From: an uncultured bacterium
GTDB lineage: Bacteria; JAGOEH01
Reading direction: 5' to 3'
DNA length: 64,000 nt
Assembly: GCA_964632485.1 (NCBI GenBank)
Contig: CAZWDO010000002.1
Span: 124,001 to 188,000, forward strand
In this document: piece by piece, positions 9,173-18,939 of the stretch
How the letters are laid out: every line of letters starts with the position of its first letter
How positions within the stretch are numbered: position 1 is the first letter of the stretch
The notes under the pieces: model-generated
Told to the model about the DNA's origin: nothing
Seen by the model: the letters and a program-made list of their open reading frames with translations, nothing else
Database searches by the model: none
Program-made: the position numbers and the translations under genes

Positions 9173-11956
9173 ATGGCGCGACAAAGCATTGCACGTCGGC
9201 TGGTGTTTGGATTCGGAATTTTTTTTGGTGTTGTTTTTATTGTTTTAATCTCCATTCCATTGCTTTTTCAAGGAAAAATTAAAACGTTGATCCAACGGGA
9301 AGTTAACAGCAAAATTCAGGCTGATTTTTCATTCGGCAGCGTTTCTTTAAGCCTCATTCGTGATTTCCCGAATATTTCTCTTTCTATCGAAGAGATATGT
9401 CTGACCAATCGCGAACCTTTTGCCGGCGATACGTTGTTGGATGTCGAACAAATCGGGATTGTCTTCGATTTGTCCAGTTTATGGAATGATGATGGCTGGC
9501 GTCTGCGACAAATTACAATTCGTTCTCCACATTTAAATTTGAAGAAAAGCGTGAAGGGAGCTGCTAACTGGGAGATCATGCCGGAAGCAAACGGAACGGA
9601 TAGGGTTGACACAGCTTCAACTCAGACTGAGACAGCCTTTCATCTGAAATTGAATGAGTTCGTTATCTCTCAGGCCTGCCTATCATATCAAGACGATTCC
9701 ACGGGGTTATATGCTCTCGTTGCCGGTTTGAATCATGAATTGAAGGGTGATTTCACTCAGGAATTATTTCTGTTGCAAACTAAAACTGAAATTGATTCTT
9801 TATCGGTACGAAATGGCAATATGCCCGTTCTGGAAAATGTGAGACTTCAGTTGCTGGTCGATCTTGACGCCAATATGGCAGATACCAGCTTTACGGTTCG
9901 CCAGGGCAATTTAAAATTGAATGAATTTGGAGTGAATTTAATCGGATTTGTTGGGCTTAAAGGGGAAGATGTTATAACAGATTTGAAACTTGAATTGCCT
10001 GGCAACGATTTTAAAAATTTACTTTCCCTGGTTCCTTACGCTCTAAGCCAGCAGTTTGCCGATGTCAAGACCTATGGCCGGATAGAATTGGAAGCCTATG
10101 CCAAGGGTGTTTTTAATTCCGAGCAGTTAGGAGAGTTTGGAATCGGATTGAAGATCGATACCGCCGGGTTTCGTTATCCGGCATTGCCAAAATCTGTGGA
10201 TGATATCACGGTAGATTTTAAGATTTCGCATGATCAGGGAGGACCTGACCTGACTCGCGTTGATCTGCAGCAGTTTCATCTGAATATCGGGGGTAATCCT
10301 TTTGATTGCGAATTTCATTTACAGCATCCCGTTTCCGATCCGCAATTGGATTTAACCATGCGGGGAGAAATCGATATATTGACGTTGCGCGATATCCTGC
10401 CGATACCGCCGGAACAGGAATTGCAAGGCCGAATCCAAACCGATTTGGAAGTGAAAGGGCAGCTTTCGATGTTCCAGCAGCAGCAATACGATCAGGTAGT
10501 TGCCCGTGGGAGTTTTTCTTTAATTGATTTTAAGTATCTCAGCCCCGATTTTCCGGCCCCCGTGATGATCCATCAATTCACACTGAATTTCTCTCCTCAA
10601 AAAGTAACGCTGCAAAAATTTTATGTTCATCTGGGCCGTACCGATCTTAATGCGTCCGGAATGATTGATAATATTTTACCCTTTGTCTTAAAAGGCGAAA
10701 CACTCAAGGGCGCGTTTACATTTCACTCGCAATTGGTGGATTTAAATGAGTATATGGATTTGTTGATGGAGAGCGACACGACACCTCTAACTGTCATTCC
10801 TGTTCCTGGTAATCTGGATTTTGAACTTGAAAGCCAGGTTGATAAAATCCTCTTCGATCGCCTTGAATTAACTGATTTAGCAGGTAAGATCATCATTCGC
10901 GAAGGTCGGGCCGATTTGAGCCGATTGCGCATGCGGACGTTGGGCGGCGAATTGGAAATTGCCGATAGTTATTATGATCCAACGGATATTACGGCCCCTA
11001 AAATCGCTTTTAACTTGAATTTGAAGGATATGGAGATTCCCTTGGTATCTGATGCAATTGTCATGGTGCAAAAATTTGTTCCAATTGCCAAACATTGCGA
11101 CGGTAAATTTTCTGCAGATATTAAATTTAATTCCTTGCTCGATCAAACCCTTATGCCTCTCCTGTCCAGTGTGAACGGTGAGGGGAGTTGCCTGACTCGC
11201 CAGGTACGGATTTTAGGATATGAGCCTTTTACCAAACTCTCCGACCAGATGAAGATGGATCAGTTCAGCCAAATGGAATTAAAAGATGTCAATTTTTTAT
11301 TTTCTATTGCCGATGGGAAGTTGCTGATCCAGCAATTTCCGTTGAAAATGGGAGCGATCGCCGGAACGTTTGAAGGCACAACTACAGTCGATCAAGCGAT
11401 AGATTACGTGATGAAACTGGAAATTCCATCTTCATTGTTATCAACCGATGCGCGTCAATCCATGAACCATTTATTGGGCGATGCAGGCAAATGGGCAAGC
11501 GGCGCCACAATGCCCGAAAAATTAGCAATTTCCGCCTTGATTGTGGGTTCTGTGCTTAAACCAGAATTAAAAATTTCGGCTTCGGACTTAGGAAGCGCTG
11601 TTAAAGAGCAGGTTAAACAGCAACTCAATGAAAAAAAAGAAGAAGCGATTCAACAAGTTAAACGTGATTTGACGGCAGAAAAGGCTAAAATTATGGCGGA
11701 AGCGGAAACAAAAGCCCAGGCCCTCCGCGAGGAGGCCCGGAAACTGTCCGATCAGGTCCGCGATGAAGGATATGCTCAAGCAGATGCTTTAGCCAAAAAA
11801 GGCGGCAATCCCCTGGAAAAAGCTGCTGCTAAAAAAGCAGCGGAAAAACTACGCAAGGAAACTGATAATAAAACGAATAAAATTGTTTCCGAAGCCGATC
11901 AAAAGTCGGAAGCGCTTCTCAATGAAGCTCGTCAGAAAGCGGATCGGCTTCAGTAA
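9173..11956 (+). CDS. AsmA family (bridge-like lipid transfer) membrane protein with C-terminal coiled coil
   Basis: N-terminal TM anchor, SLSLIRDFP, long beta-rich body and Ala/Lys/Glu-rich helical tail. SD aggag. Confidence 0.8.
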   Translation: MARQSIARRLVFGFGIFFGVVFIVLISIPLLFQGKIKTLIQREVNSKIQADFSFGSVSLSLIRDFPNISLSIEEICLTNREPFAGDTLLDVEQIGIVFDLSSLWNDDGWRLRQITIRSPHLNLKKSVKGAANWEIMPEANGTDRVDTASTQTETAFHLKLNEFVISQACLSYQDDSTGLYALVAGLNHELKGDFTQELFLLQTKTEIDSLSVRNGNMPVLENVRLQLLVDLDANMADTSFTVRQGNLKLNEFGVNLIGFVGLKGEDVITDLKLELPGNDFKNLLSLVPYALSQQFADVKTYGRIELEAYAKGVFNSEQLGEFGIGLKIDTAGFRYPALPKSVDDITVDFKISHDQGGPDLTRVDLQQFHLNIGGNPFDCEFHLQHPVSDPQLDLTMRGEIDILTLRDILPIPPEQELQGRIQTDLEVKGQLSMFQQQQYDQVVARGSFSLIDFKYLSPDFPAPVMIHQFTLNFSPQKVTLQKFYVHLGRTDLNASGMIDNILPFVLKGETLKGAFTFHSQLVDLNEYMDLLMESDTTPLTVIPVPGNLDFELESQVDKILFDRLELTDLAGKIIIREGRADLSRLRMRTLGGELEIADSYYDPTDITAPKIAFNLNLKDMEIPLVSDAIVMVQKFVPIAKHCDGKFSADIKFNSLLDQTLMPLLSSVNGEGSCLTRQVRILGYEPFTKLSDQMKMDQFSQMELKDVNFLFSIADGKLLIQQFPLKMGAIAGTFEGTTTVDQAIDYVMKLEIPSSLLSTDARQSMNHLLGDAGKWASGATMPEKLAISALIVGSVLKPELKISASDLGSAVKEQVKQQLNEKKEEAIQQVKRDLTAEKAKIMAEAETKAQALREEARKLSDQVRDEGYAQADALAKKGGNPLEKAAAKKAAEKLRKETDNKTNKIVSEADQKSEALLNEARQKADRLQ

Positions 11957-12250
11957 CGGGAAACCGTAAAGGAGACATTTAGTTGAACAGGCCTGATCAA
12001 GATTATAAACAACCACTGATTGAAAATAAAAGACTGAATATAATTGGTTCCAGAATGGCCATTTAATTGTCCAACCTGTTTTTAATCCGCTATATATTGA
12101 AATTGAAAGTTCTCTTTCAGTACAGGAACAGAGGGATCCACTATGGAAAAGTATATGGGAAACAGCGCGCAATCAAAAAAAATATCTCACTTTTATGGAC
12201 GCTTCTGATGCTCTATATTGGTTGGGAATCCATAAATTCGTTGGCCCCCA

Positions 12251-12367
12251 ATGGTTCATACACAGTTTATCCAAGACGAAGGGTTTTGCTTGATTCAAAA
12301 ACCCTATAAAACCGATCTTTTCCTGCAAGCTATCCGAAAAATCCTGGATGAAAAGGAAAAATCGTAG
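12251..12367 (+). pseudogene. Remnant of a response-regulator receiver domain C-terminus
   Basis: Translates as MVHTQFIQDEGFCLIQKPYKTDLFLQAIRKILDEKEKS (beta5 KP plus alpha5 pattern). An in-frame TAA at 12233 lies just upstream. Confidence 0.5.
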
Positions 12368-12408
12368 TATGCCGATGCTGTAATTGGTTTAACTCAATGG
12401 AGTAAAAT

Positions 12409-12882
12409 ATGGAAAAAGATGTCAAAGAAGCGCGTTATCGGCGCTTAGCGCTACAAGTGAAGGAATTGTTTGAAAAAACGCGCGATCCTATTGCGCGGAT
12501 GGCATCATTAAATGCAGTTCTCTTTCATAAAATTGACTATTTTTTCTGGTGCGGATTCTATCGGTTGATCGATGGTGAATTGACGGTTGGCCCTTATCAG
12601 GGCTCTTTAGCATGTTTAATATTGAAAAAGAATACCGGAGTTTGTTGGGCCGCCGCCAATCAACAGAGGACAATCATTGTACCGGATATCCATCAATTTC
12701 CCGATCACATCGCCTGTGATAGCCGGTCGCGTTCAGAAATGGTGGTTCCTCTTTTTTCCTCCCCGGGTTGTGTTTCCGATGTGTTCGATGTGGATAGCCG
12801 GGAACTGAATACATTTGATGAGATCGATCGCGCCTGGCTGGAGAAATTTACCTCCTGGATTTATTCCGGAACTAATCTATGA
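12409..12882 (+). CDS. msrC: GAF domain protein, free methionine-(R)-sulfoxide reductase family
   Basis: WCGFY, VGPYQGSLAC, GVCWAA, HIACDSRSRSEMVVP and FDVDS. Confidence 0.8.
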   Translation: MEKDVKEARYRRLALQVKELFEKTRDPIARMASLNAVLFHKIDYFFWCGFYRLIDGELTVGPYQGSLACLILKKNTGVCWAAANQQRTIIVPDIHQFPDHIACDSRSRSEMVVPLFSSPGCVSDVFDVDSRELNTFDEIDRAWLEKFTSWIYSGTNL

Positions 12883-13346
12883 GTTTTATGCCTGTGGTTT
12901 ACTTAACTTCTCTGTTCACTAAAACATTTCTTCGCATTAGCAGTTTTTTTTTATTGACTGCAAGTAATCAAAGAATCTACCAAAAGTATAAATTGATTAT
13001 TCTGATATTTTTGGCAATATGTTTTTTATCTGAACGGTTACCTCTAAGAAATAATTCACTCGGTCTTGACGTTCCTTTGTCCGACCTTCTTTATCAGTCG
13101 CCCGCCGACTTTGTTATCGTAGCAGGATTTGTACCGTTTAGACACCTGAGCGTGATTCGCTTATTGTCAGTGTTTTCTGAATCAATATATTCAGCGGACA
13201 ATCCCCGATTTAGTTTTACAAGCAGTCCGCAATCTCTTCAAATACGGTGCGCCCTCTCTCTCTCCACTCTTGTCCGTTTGGGCGCTCATCATAATTCACA
13301 CAACTCACTGAGAAGCCCTCCTTTTTTATTGGCTTGGCCTATATGA
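12879..13346 (+). CDS. Hypothetical protein with a hydrophobic segment and a C-terminal LRSPP motif (uncertain)
   Basis: ATGA overlap with the msrC stop. No recognisable domain. Confidence 0.3.
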   Translation: MSFMPVVYLTSLFTKTFLRISSFFLLTASNQRIYQKYKLIILIFLAICFLSERLPLRNNSLGLDVPLSDLLYQSPADFVIVAGFVPFRHLSVIRLLSVFSESIYSADNPRFSFTSSPQSLQIRCALSLSTLVRLGAHHNSHNSLRSPPFLLAWPI

Positions 13347-13505
13347 ATCTATATGTTCATTTTTTTTGTGTTGGATTAGAACAGATCAGATTTTTAAGGT
13401 CAATTCGGTTTGGTTTCAATCAACCATGAAAATTGGTTTTTTTCCAATCCAGTATAATGCTTGAATAATAATTTAAAATATCTATAATTTGAAAAGGAGA
13501 ATATC

Positions 13506-13685
13506 GTGAGTAATAAAAAACATCAACCCGTAAACTCTTCCATAGATCAACCCAATCCGAATACTATAGCGGAACCTTCAGTAAATGGAACGCCAACAAA
13601 GAGTTCTTTGGGGTGCTTTATCTGGTTATTTGCATCATTGGTGGCCTTATTGGCTTTTGCGTTGCTGCGTAACTCCATTTATTGA
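13506..13685 (+). CDS. Small (59 aa) protein with one C-terminal TM helix
   Basis: SD AAGGAGA 5 nt before GTG. Translation MSNKKHQPVNSSIDQPNPNTIAEPSVNGTPTKSSLGCFIWLFASLVALLAFALLRNSIY. Absent from the ORF track. Confidence 0.65.
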   Translation: MSNKKHQPVNSSIDQPNPNTIAEPSVNGTPTKSSLGCFIWLFASLVALLAFALLRNSIY

Positions 13686-13772
13686 ATAAACCGTTCAATT
13701 CATCAGAGATTGGGCAGTAGTACTGGAGCTCTTTTCAGACTTCTATCTGTTTGATAGATGAGACTATTATAA

Positions 13773-13796
13773 ACCGGTCTGCGCTTGCAGGCCGGT
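13773..13796 (+). terminator. GC-rich hairpin, possible terminator
   Basis: ACCGGTCTGC-gctt-GCAGGCCGGT with a weak T tail. Confidence 0.4.
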
Positions 13797-14172
13797 AGTT
13801 GCCTTTTCTGATATGAAAGATATTAATTGCGATTGTTAGTACGCGTATCACCAAATTTATTCGATAATGATAAAAAATACTTGCAATTTTCATTTTTTTT
13901 GTTACATTATATTCAATGTGGATAATAATTGGATTTATAAACCCGATCTATCTGACATGAGTTACCATGATGATAGGAAATCAGTTGAATTCATTTTTTT
14001 CTATTGTATAATCCAACAAAGAGAATAAATGAGGCATGCAGTTGTAAAATTGATCGATGAGGAGAGGATGAATTTTATCTGATGGATTGATTAAACGATT
14101 AGTAAATTTTTCGATTCGGATAGACCCTGTATCGAAGGTGTTGTTAATAACTTTAAAAAAAAGGAGTTAGCT

Positions 14173-14373
14173 ATGGCTGGTCAAATACGAAAGATGATCG
14201 ACAAGTTGATCACTTTGCGCGCGCATGGTAATGCGACGATTGCAGAATGCACGAAGACCAAACTGGTTTTGAAAGGAATTAAACCGGATAGTTATACTTT
14301 ATTGTCCGAAGATGATCCGACAGTTATGAATAAACTTCGTCAGATAGCGACTGAAATGAATATAGCGCTATAA
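14173..14373 (+). CDS. Small (66 aa) hypothetical protein preceding the FIST gene
   Basis: SD aaggag. TKTKLVLKGIKPD..EDDP pattern resembles small proteins I recall next to FIST/chemotaxis genes. Confidence 0.75.
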   Translation: MAGQIRKMIDKLITLRAHGNATIAECTKTKLVLKGIKPDSYTLLSEDDPTVMNKLRQIATEMNIAL

Positions 14374-14425
14374 TGTCAAAACTCAGTTTGAAAAGAATTG
14401 CTTGTTTTCGGGAAGGAGAACATTC

Positions 14426-15547
14426 ATGAGTATATTAATCGCCCATTCCTCGTTACCGAATATGGATGAAGCATTGCGTGATCTGGCCGGGCAGTTAAAA
14501 GAAAATCAACCCCGTTTAGTCGTTTACTTTGCTTCACCGCTGTATCCAATCGATCTATTAAGTAAACGGATGAAGGAACAATTTCCTGGCAGTCAGGTCA
14601 TGGGTTGCACGACTTCGGGAGAAATTATCAGCGGGAAAATGCTGGACCAATCGATAGTGGTTATGTCGATCGGAAATGATATTCTGGAAGATTGCGCTAT
14701 AGCTCTAATTGAGGATGTTAATGATGCGGCAAGTGTCGCTGGATCCGTGAAACAGTTGGCTGATTATTACAAAAAACCCTTAATGGACCTCGAATTTGAA
14801 CAGCATGGTGGAATTATTTTGATTGATGGACTCAGTTGCGCCGAGGAAAAAGTGATGGATCAGATTGGCGATCTCAGCAATTTGTTGATTGTGGGCGCTT
14901 CTGCCGGCGATGATTTGAAATTTGAAAAGACCTGGGTGGCCGCCAATGGCAAGGCCTGTTCCAATGCCGCCGTTCTGGCTGTGTTTAAAAGCAAACGCGT
15001 TTTCGATGTTCTGAAGACTCAGAGTTTTTGTCCTTTAAAACAGGTTTTAACCGCTACAAAAGTCAATGAAAAAACCAGAACCGTACTTGAATTCAATAAC
15101 CAACCCGCATTGGATGCCTATGCGGCTAGTCTGGGCGTTTCTCCTGATGAAGCTTCCCAACGCTTTATGCACAATCCCGTTGGACTGATGGTCAATAATG
15201 AACCCTATGTCCGCAGCCCGCAAAAAAATGATGGCAAAAATATGGTTTTTTATTGCAATATTCTCGAAGGAATGGAAGTGGCTATTTTAGAATCCGGTGA
15301 TATTGTCATGGATACGCAACAGGCCATTAATAAACAAATTGAAAAATTGGGCCCAATCGAAGGAATGATCAATTTTAACTGTATCCTGAGAACGCTGGAA
15401 TTGAAACAGCAAAACCAGCAGGATGCATACGGCAGTTTATTTAGCGCGATCCCAACTATAGGATTCAGTACGTACGGCGAAGAATTTATGGGGCATATCA
15501 ACCAGACTTCAACAATTCTGGTGTTTCATAAAAAAGAAATTAATTGA
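14426..15547 (+). CDS. FIST N/C domain signal transduction protein
   Basis: GCTTSGEI, LIDGLS, GASAGDD, FNCILR and GFSTYGE..HINQT. SD aaggag points to ATG 14426. Confidence 0.88.
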   Translation: MSILIAHSSLPNMDEALRDLAGQLKENQPRLVVYFASPLYPIDLLSKRMKEQFPGSQVMGCTTSGEIISGKMLDQSIVVMSIGNDILEDCAIALIEDVNDAASVAGSVKQLADYYKKPLMDLEFEQHGGIILIDGLSCAEEKVMDQIGDLSNLLIVGASAGDDLKFEKTWVAANGKACSNAAVLAVFKSKRVFDVLKTQSFCPLKQVLTATKVNEKTRTVLEFNNQPALDAYAASLGVSPDEASQRFMHNPVGLMVNNEPYVRSPQKNDGKNMVFYCNILEGMEVAILESGDIVMDTQQAINKQIEKLGPIEGMINFNCILRTLELKQQNQQDAYGSLFSAIPTIGFSTYGEEFMGHINQTSTILVFHKKEIN

Positions 15548-15645
15548 TATGGTTTGCCGATGATTCGTCAATAAATGACGATCGTCCGGCAGAAACCCGA
15601 CACTGCTTCGCCTGCCTGGCAGGATTTATGTCCAAATAAATGTTT

Positions 15646-15678
15646 TCCCCCTCTTTCTTTTTTTTAGGGAAGAGGGGA
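15646..15678. terminator. Probable bidirectional terminator between FIST and mnmE
   Basis: TCCCCCTCTTTCT..AGGGAAGAGGGGA imperfect inverted repeat between convergent genes. Confidence 0.55.
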
Positions 15679-15683
15679 TAAAA

Positions 15684-17033
15684 CTATTTGCCGATACAAA
15701 AATGGTTAAAAATATCGTTTATAATATCAATATCTTTAGTTTCTCCAGTGAATCGATTGAGAATATCCAATCCCTCCCGTAGAATATGTGATGCGATTTC
15801 AACACTGAATCCGGTTCGGAACTGAGCGCGCAGCTCTTCGAGAGATATGTTCAGATCATTTAATAAAAGCAGTTGACGGGTTTGAATATAAAAAGTATCA
15901 GCGGAATGAAGCGATTGGTCTTCAATAATGGATGATATTTTTTGTTCTAAAATTTCGAGTTTGGAACTATAACGCGTTGAGAAAGGAATGGCATCGGGCC
16001 AGAATTGCGCGCTATCGGGGCAGCTTATGTCGATTTTATTTAATATAGTTATAATAGGCCCTTTCCGTTCGGAAATGTAGGCGTGGTCATCTTCAAAAAG
16101 TTCGGGTCGGGATGCATCAAGCAGATAGAGAACAACGTCGGCTTCTTTAATTCTAAGACGGCTCTTTTCAATACCCAGGGCTTCGATCTCTCCGGCTTCA
16201 TTGCGCAAGCCGGCGCTATCAGTTAACCGGATGTTTAACCGGAACAAGTTGATGGTTTTTTCTATCAGGTCGCGGGTCGTTCCGGGAGTTGGATGAACAA
16301 TCGACGCTTCATGCCCTGTTAATAGATTCATCAAGCTTGATTTTCCAACATTCGGCTGGCCGGCAATCACCACATCGAATCCACGATGTAATTGATCAAA
16401 TGCTTGTTTTCCCCGGATGAGTGATTGAGTATCGTCAATTAACTTTGAAACGTGGATTTCCAGCTCTGTAACATCGATTTCCCAATCAATATGTTCCACA
16501 AAATCAATGCTTAAATTCAGCAATTGGATTAATTCGATGACCTTTGATTTGATTTGCTGGATGCGGTGAAGCAGTTGCCCTTTTAGTTGTAATATTCCGG
16601 CCTTGATTTCCATATCGGATTGAGCATGAATCAAGGCATTAATCGCTTCGGCCCGGGTCAGGTCCATTTTGCCGTTTAAAAACGCCCGCTTGGTGAATTC
16701 CCCGTTTTGCGCTGGGCGAATTCCCAATTTCCATAGGATTTTTAGAATATTTTCAGCGATTAATAGTCCTCCATGACAATTAATCTCGACGACATCTTCT
16801 CCGGTGTAAGAATCGGGGGCGCGGAAATAGCTAACTAAAACTTCATCAATGAGTAAATGATCTTCAATGATCTGATTATAATGGATTGTATGGGGTGCCT
16901 GATTTTTAAACCGCGCGGATAATCGAAATATCGGCGCTAAAAAGGACTTTAACTGATAACCGGTTACCCGGATAACGGCAATGCCGCCGATTCCGGGGGG
17001 CGTGGCCAACGCCGCCATCGGTTCCGAGTTCAT
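15684..17033 (-). CDS. mnmE: tRNA modification GTPase MnmE
   Basis: ATPPG.GGIAVIR, SYTGEDVVEINCHGG, GEFTKRAFLNGKMDL, GQPNVGKSS, GTTRD, NKID and C-terminal FCIGK. TGATG overlap with yidC. Confidence 0.96.
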   Translation of the reverse strand: MNSEPMAALATPPGIGGIAVIRVTGYQLKSFLAPIFRLSARFKNQAPHTIHYNQIIEDHLLIDEVLVSYFRAPDSYTGEDVVEINCHGGLLIAENILKILWKLGIRPAQNGEFTKRAFLNGKMDLTRAEAINALIHAQSDMEIKAGILQLKGQLLHRIQQIKSKVIELIQLLNLSIDFVEHIDWEIDVTELEIHVSKLIDDTQSLIRGKQAFDQLHRGFDVVIAGQPNVGKSSLMNLLTGHEASIVHPTPGTTRDLIEKTINLFRLNIRLTDSAGLRNEAGEIEALGIEKSRLRIKEADVVLYLLDASRPELFEDDHAYISERKGPIITILNKIDISCPDSAQFWPDAIPFSTRYSSKLEILEQKISSIIEDQSLHSADTFYIQTRQLLLLNDLNISLEELRAQFRTGFSVEIASHILREGLDILNRFTGETKDIDIINDIFNHFCIGK

Positions 17034-18718
17034 CACTTTTTCGGTTTGCGCGATTGGGATACTGTCGATGTTGGCGCCGGTTTAGCAACTGCTTGGGTGG
17101 CTTTTCCATGCCAAAACCGATTCACCAGTTCCTGCTGGATAATGGTAAAAAAGTTGAAACAACTCCAATATAGCACCAACCCGGCAGATAAATCCTTGAA
17201 AAAGAAGACCATCATGACCGGCATCAGGTAAATCATGAATTTTTGTTTGGGGTCTTTCATGGTTTGCATATTTTGCGCTAACATCAGAACACCCATAGCG
17301 ATCGGTAAAATATAGGTCGGATCTTTAATGGCCAAGTTATTAATCCATAAAAAATCCTGATTGCGCAGCATAATCGTAGAATCAAATACCCGGTAAAGCG
17401 CAAAAAAGATAGGCATTTGAAGTATCAGCGGCAAACACCCGCCCAAGGGATTGATTTTTTCAGTTTTATATAACTGCATGGTAGCGGAATTGAATTTTTG
17501 CGGATCATCTTTAAAACGCTCTTTCAATTCCTGAATTTTAGGTTGCAACTCACTCATGCGTTTGCTGGCTTCATAACTCTTATGGGTCAGGGGATAAGTT
17601 ATAATTTTTATGACAAACGAAAAAATAATAATTATCAGCCCAAAATCAGATGTGATTTTATTTAAAAAAATCAACATCCAGGTAATAAGATAACTAAATG
17701 GTTTAATAACAATGTTTCCCATAGATACGGTTTTATCCAACATAATATCCAGGCTTTTTAGTTCTGAATAATCCATTGGCCCGGCATAAAGGGTAATTTG
17801 GTTTGCCAATAAACCTTTTTCTCTGAAAAGCAGCGCTCCGTACATATATCGATCATTATCGGCATATTTTTGGCCTTTTAGAATCAATCCGGCAGCCGGA
17901 ATATCCCGGGTGATCATCGCTGTAAGGAAAAATTTGGTTTTTAAAGCGATCCAGTGGGTTTGCCCGTTGCGCTCGATCGTTACCATTTCCTTGTCGTCGG
18001 CAATATCTTCTTCCGCGACGATTTCTCCCATTTTGGTAAAGGCTTTGAAGTATCCCATGTCGTTGGCAATATCAATTTCACTGGGATTCATGGCGCCGTC
18101 CCAAACTACCAGATGTTTGTCGATTTTATGGGTCGTCTTGACTTTATATTGATAGTCGATAGAATATTCACGGGATCCGAATTGAAAGATTTTAGTGAAT
18201 TCAAGCGTATCGGATTGCACAGGGATTTTGGCTGTCGCTGTGATCCGTGTGGTAGTTTTTTGGAAATCGAAAAAAAAGTGGCTTAAATCGATCTGCTGAG
18301 CCCCTAAAAACAAAATGTGATTCATAGCTTTTGATGAATCCTGTTGTATGAGTTGAACCACAAAACGTTGAGAATCGGTAACGATGGTTTCATAATGCTT
18401 TAAGTAAAGCGCATGAATTAACCCGCCTTGATTGCTGATAACCACTTGCAACCATTCATTTTCCAATGTGTCGAAAACTATGGGTCGGGTAGTATCCGGT
18501 AGCAAAAGCTCAACATTTGGCTCAGAAACAATTGTATCCATGGATTCATTCGGAGCGGGGATATCTTCGTCGGGAAGTGAAGAAGTTTTTATCGTGTCCG
18601 TTGATATGATGGGAGGCGGTGTCGTTTGAAATATACGATTCAATAAGCGCTGATAGAAAGGGATAAGAATTATCAGTAAAAAAATAAGCCCGATTCCAAT
18701 ACCGGTTTTTTTATCCAT
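17033..18718 (-). CDS. yidC: Membrane protein insertase YidC
   Basis: N-terminal TM, periplasmic domain, LQPKIQELKE, NPLGGCLPLILQMPIFFALY and AGLVLYW. Confidence 0.95.
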   Translation of the reverse strand: MDKKTGIGIGLIFLLIILIPFYQRLLNRIFQTTPPPIISTDTIKTSSLPDEDIPAPNESMDTIVSEPNVELLLPDTTRPIVFDTLENEWLQVVISNQGGLIHALYLKHYETIVTDSQRFVVQLIQQDSSKAMNHILFLGAQQIDLSHFFFDFQKTTTRITATAKIPVQSDTLEFTKIFQFGSREYSIDYQYKVKTTHKIDKHLVVWDGAMNPSEIDIANDMGYFKAFTKMGEIVAEEDIADDKEMVTIERNGQTHWIALKTKFFLTAMITRDIPAAGLILKGQKYADNDRYMYGALLFREKGLLANQITLYAGPMDYSELKSLDIMLDKTVSMGNIVIKPFSYLITWMLIFLNKITSDFGLIIIIFSFVIKIITYPLTHKSYEASKRMSELQPKIQELKERFKDDPQKFNSATMQLYKTEKINPLGGCLPLILQMPIFFALYRVFDSTIMLRNQDFLWINNLAIKDPTYILPIAMGVLMLAQNMQTMKDPKQKFMIYLMPVMMVFFFKDLSAGLVLYWSCFNFFTIIQQELVNRFWHGKATQAVAKPAPTSTVSQSRKPKK

Positions 18719-18732
18719 TCGTATTAACTCCT

Positions 18733-18939
18733 TCAGTCGAGATCAAAACCGCCTTTAGCCCATGGGTTGCAACGCAATATCCGCCAAACGATTTTTAGTG
18801 CTGCGTGGGGGATCGAGCGAGTATGGAGTTGGATAATTGCGTATTGAGAGCAGGAGGGCCAAAAACGACACTGGTTGCCGATTAGTAGGGATAAGGTCCA
18901 TTGATAGACTTTAATCCCGAATATTAAAACTTTTTTCAT
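18733..18939 (-). CDS. yidD: Membrane protein insertion efficiency factor YidD
   Basis: CRFWPSCSQY and RILRCNPW..GGFD, lying between rnpA and yidC. Confidence 0.92.
   Translation of the reverse strand: MKKVLIFGIKVYQWTLSLLIGNQCRFWPSCSQYAIIQLHTRSIPHAALKIVWRILRCNPWAKGGFDLD

Noticed and set aside
11849-12309. ORFs 11849-12172 (-) and 12067-12309 (+)
   Set aside because: They have no SD or domain features, have atypical composition, and overlap better-supported features.
15610-15624. CCTGCCTGGCAGG palindrome as a REP element
   Set aside because: I saw only one short copy in the window.
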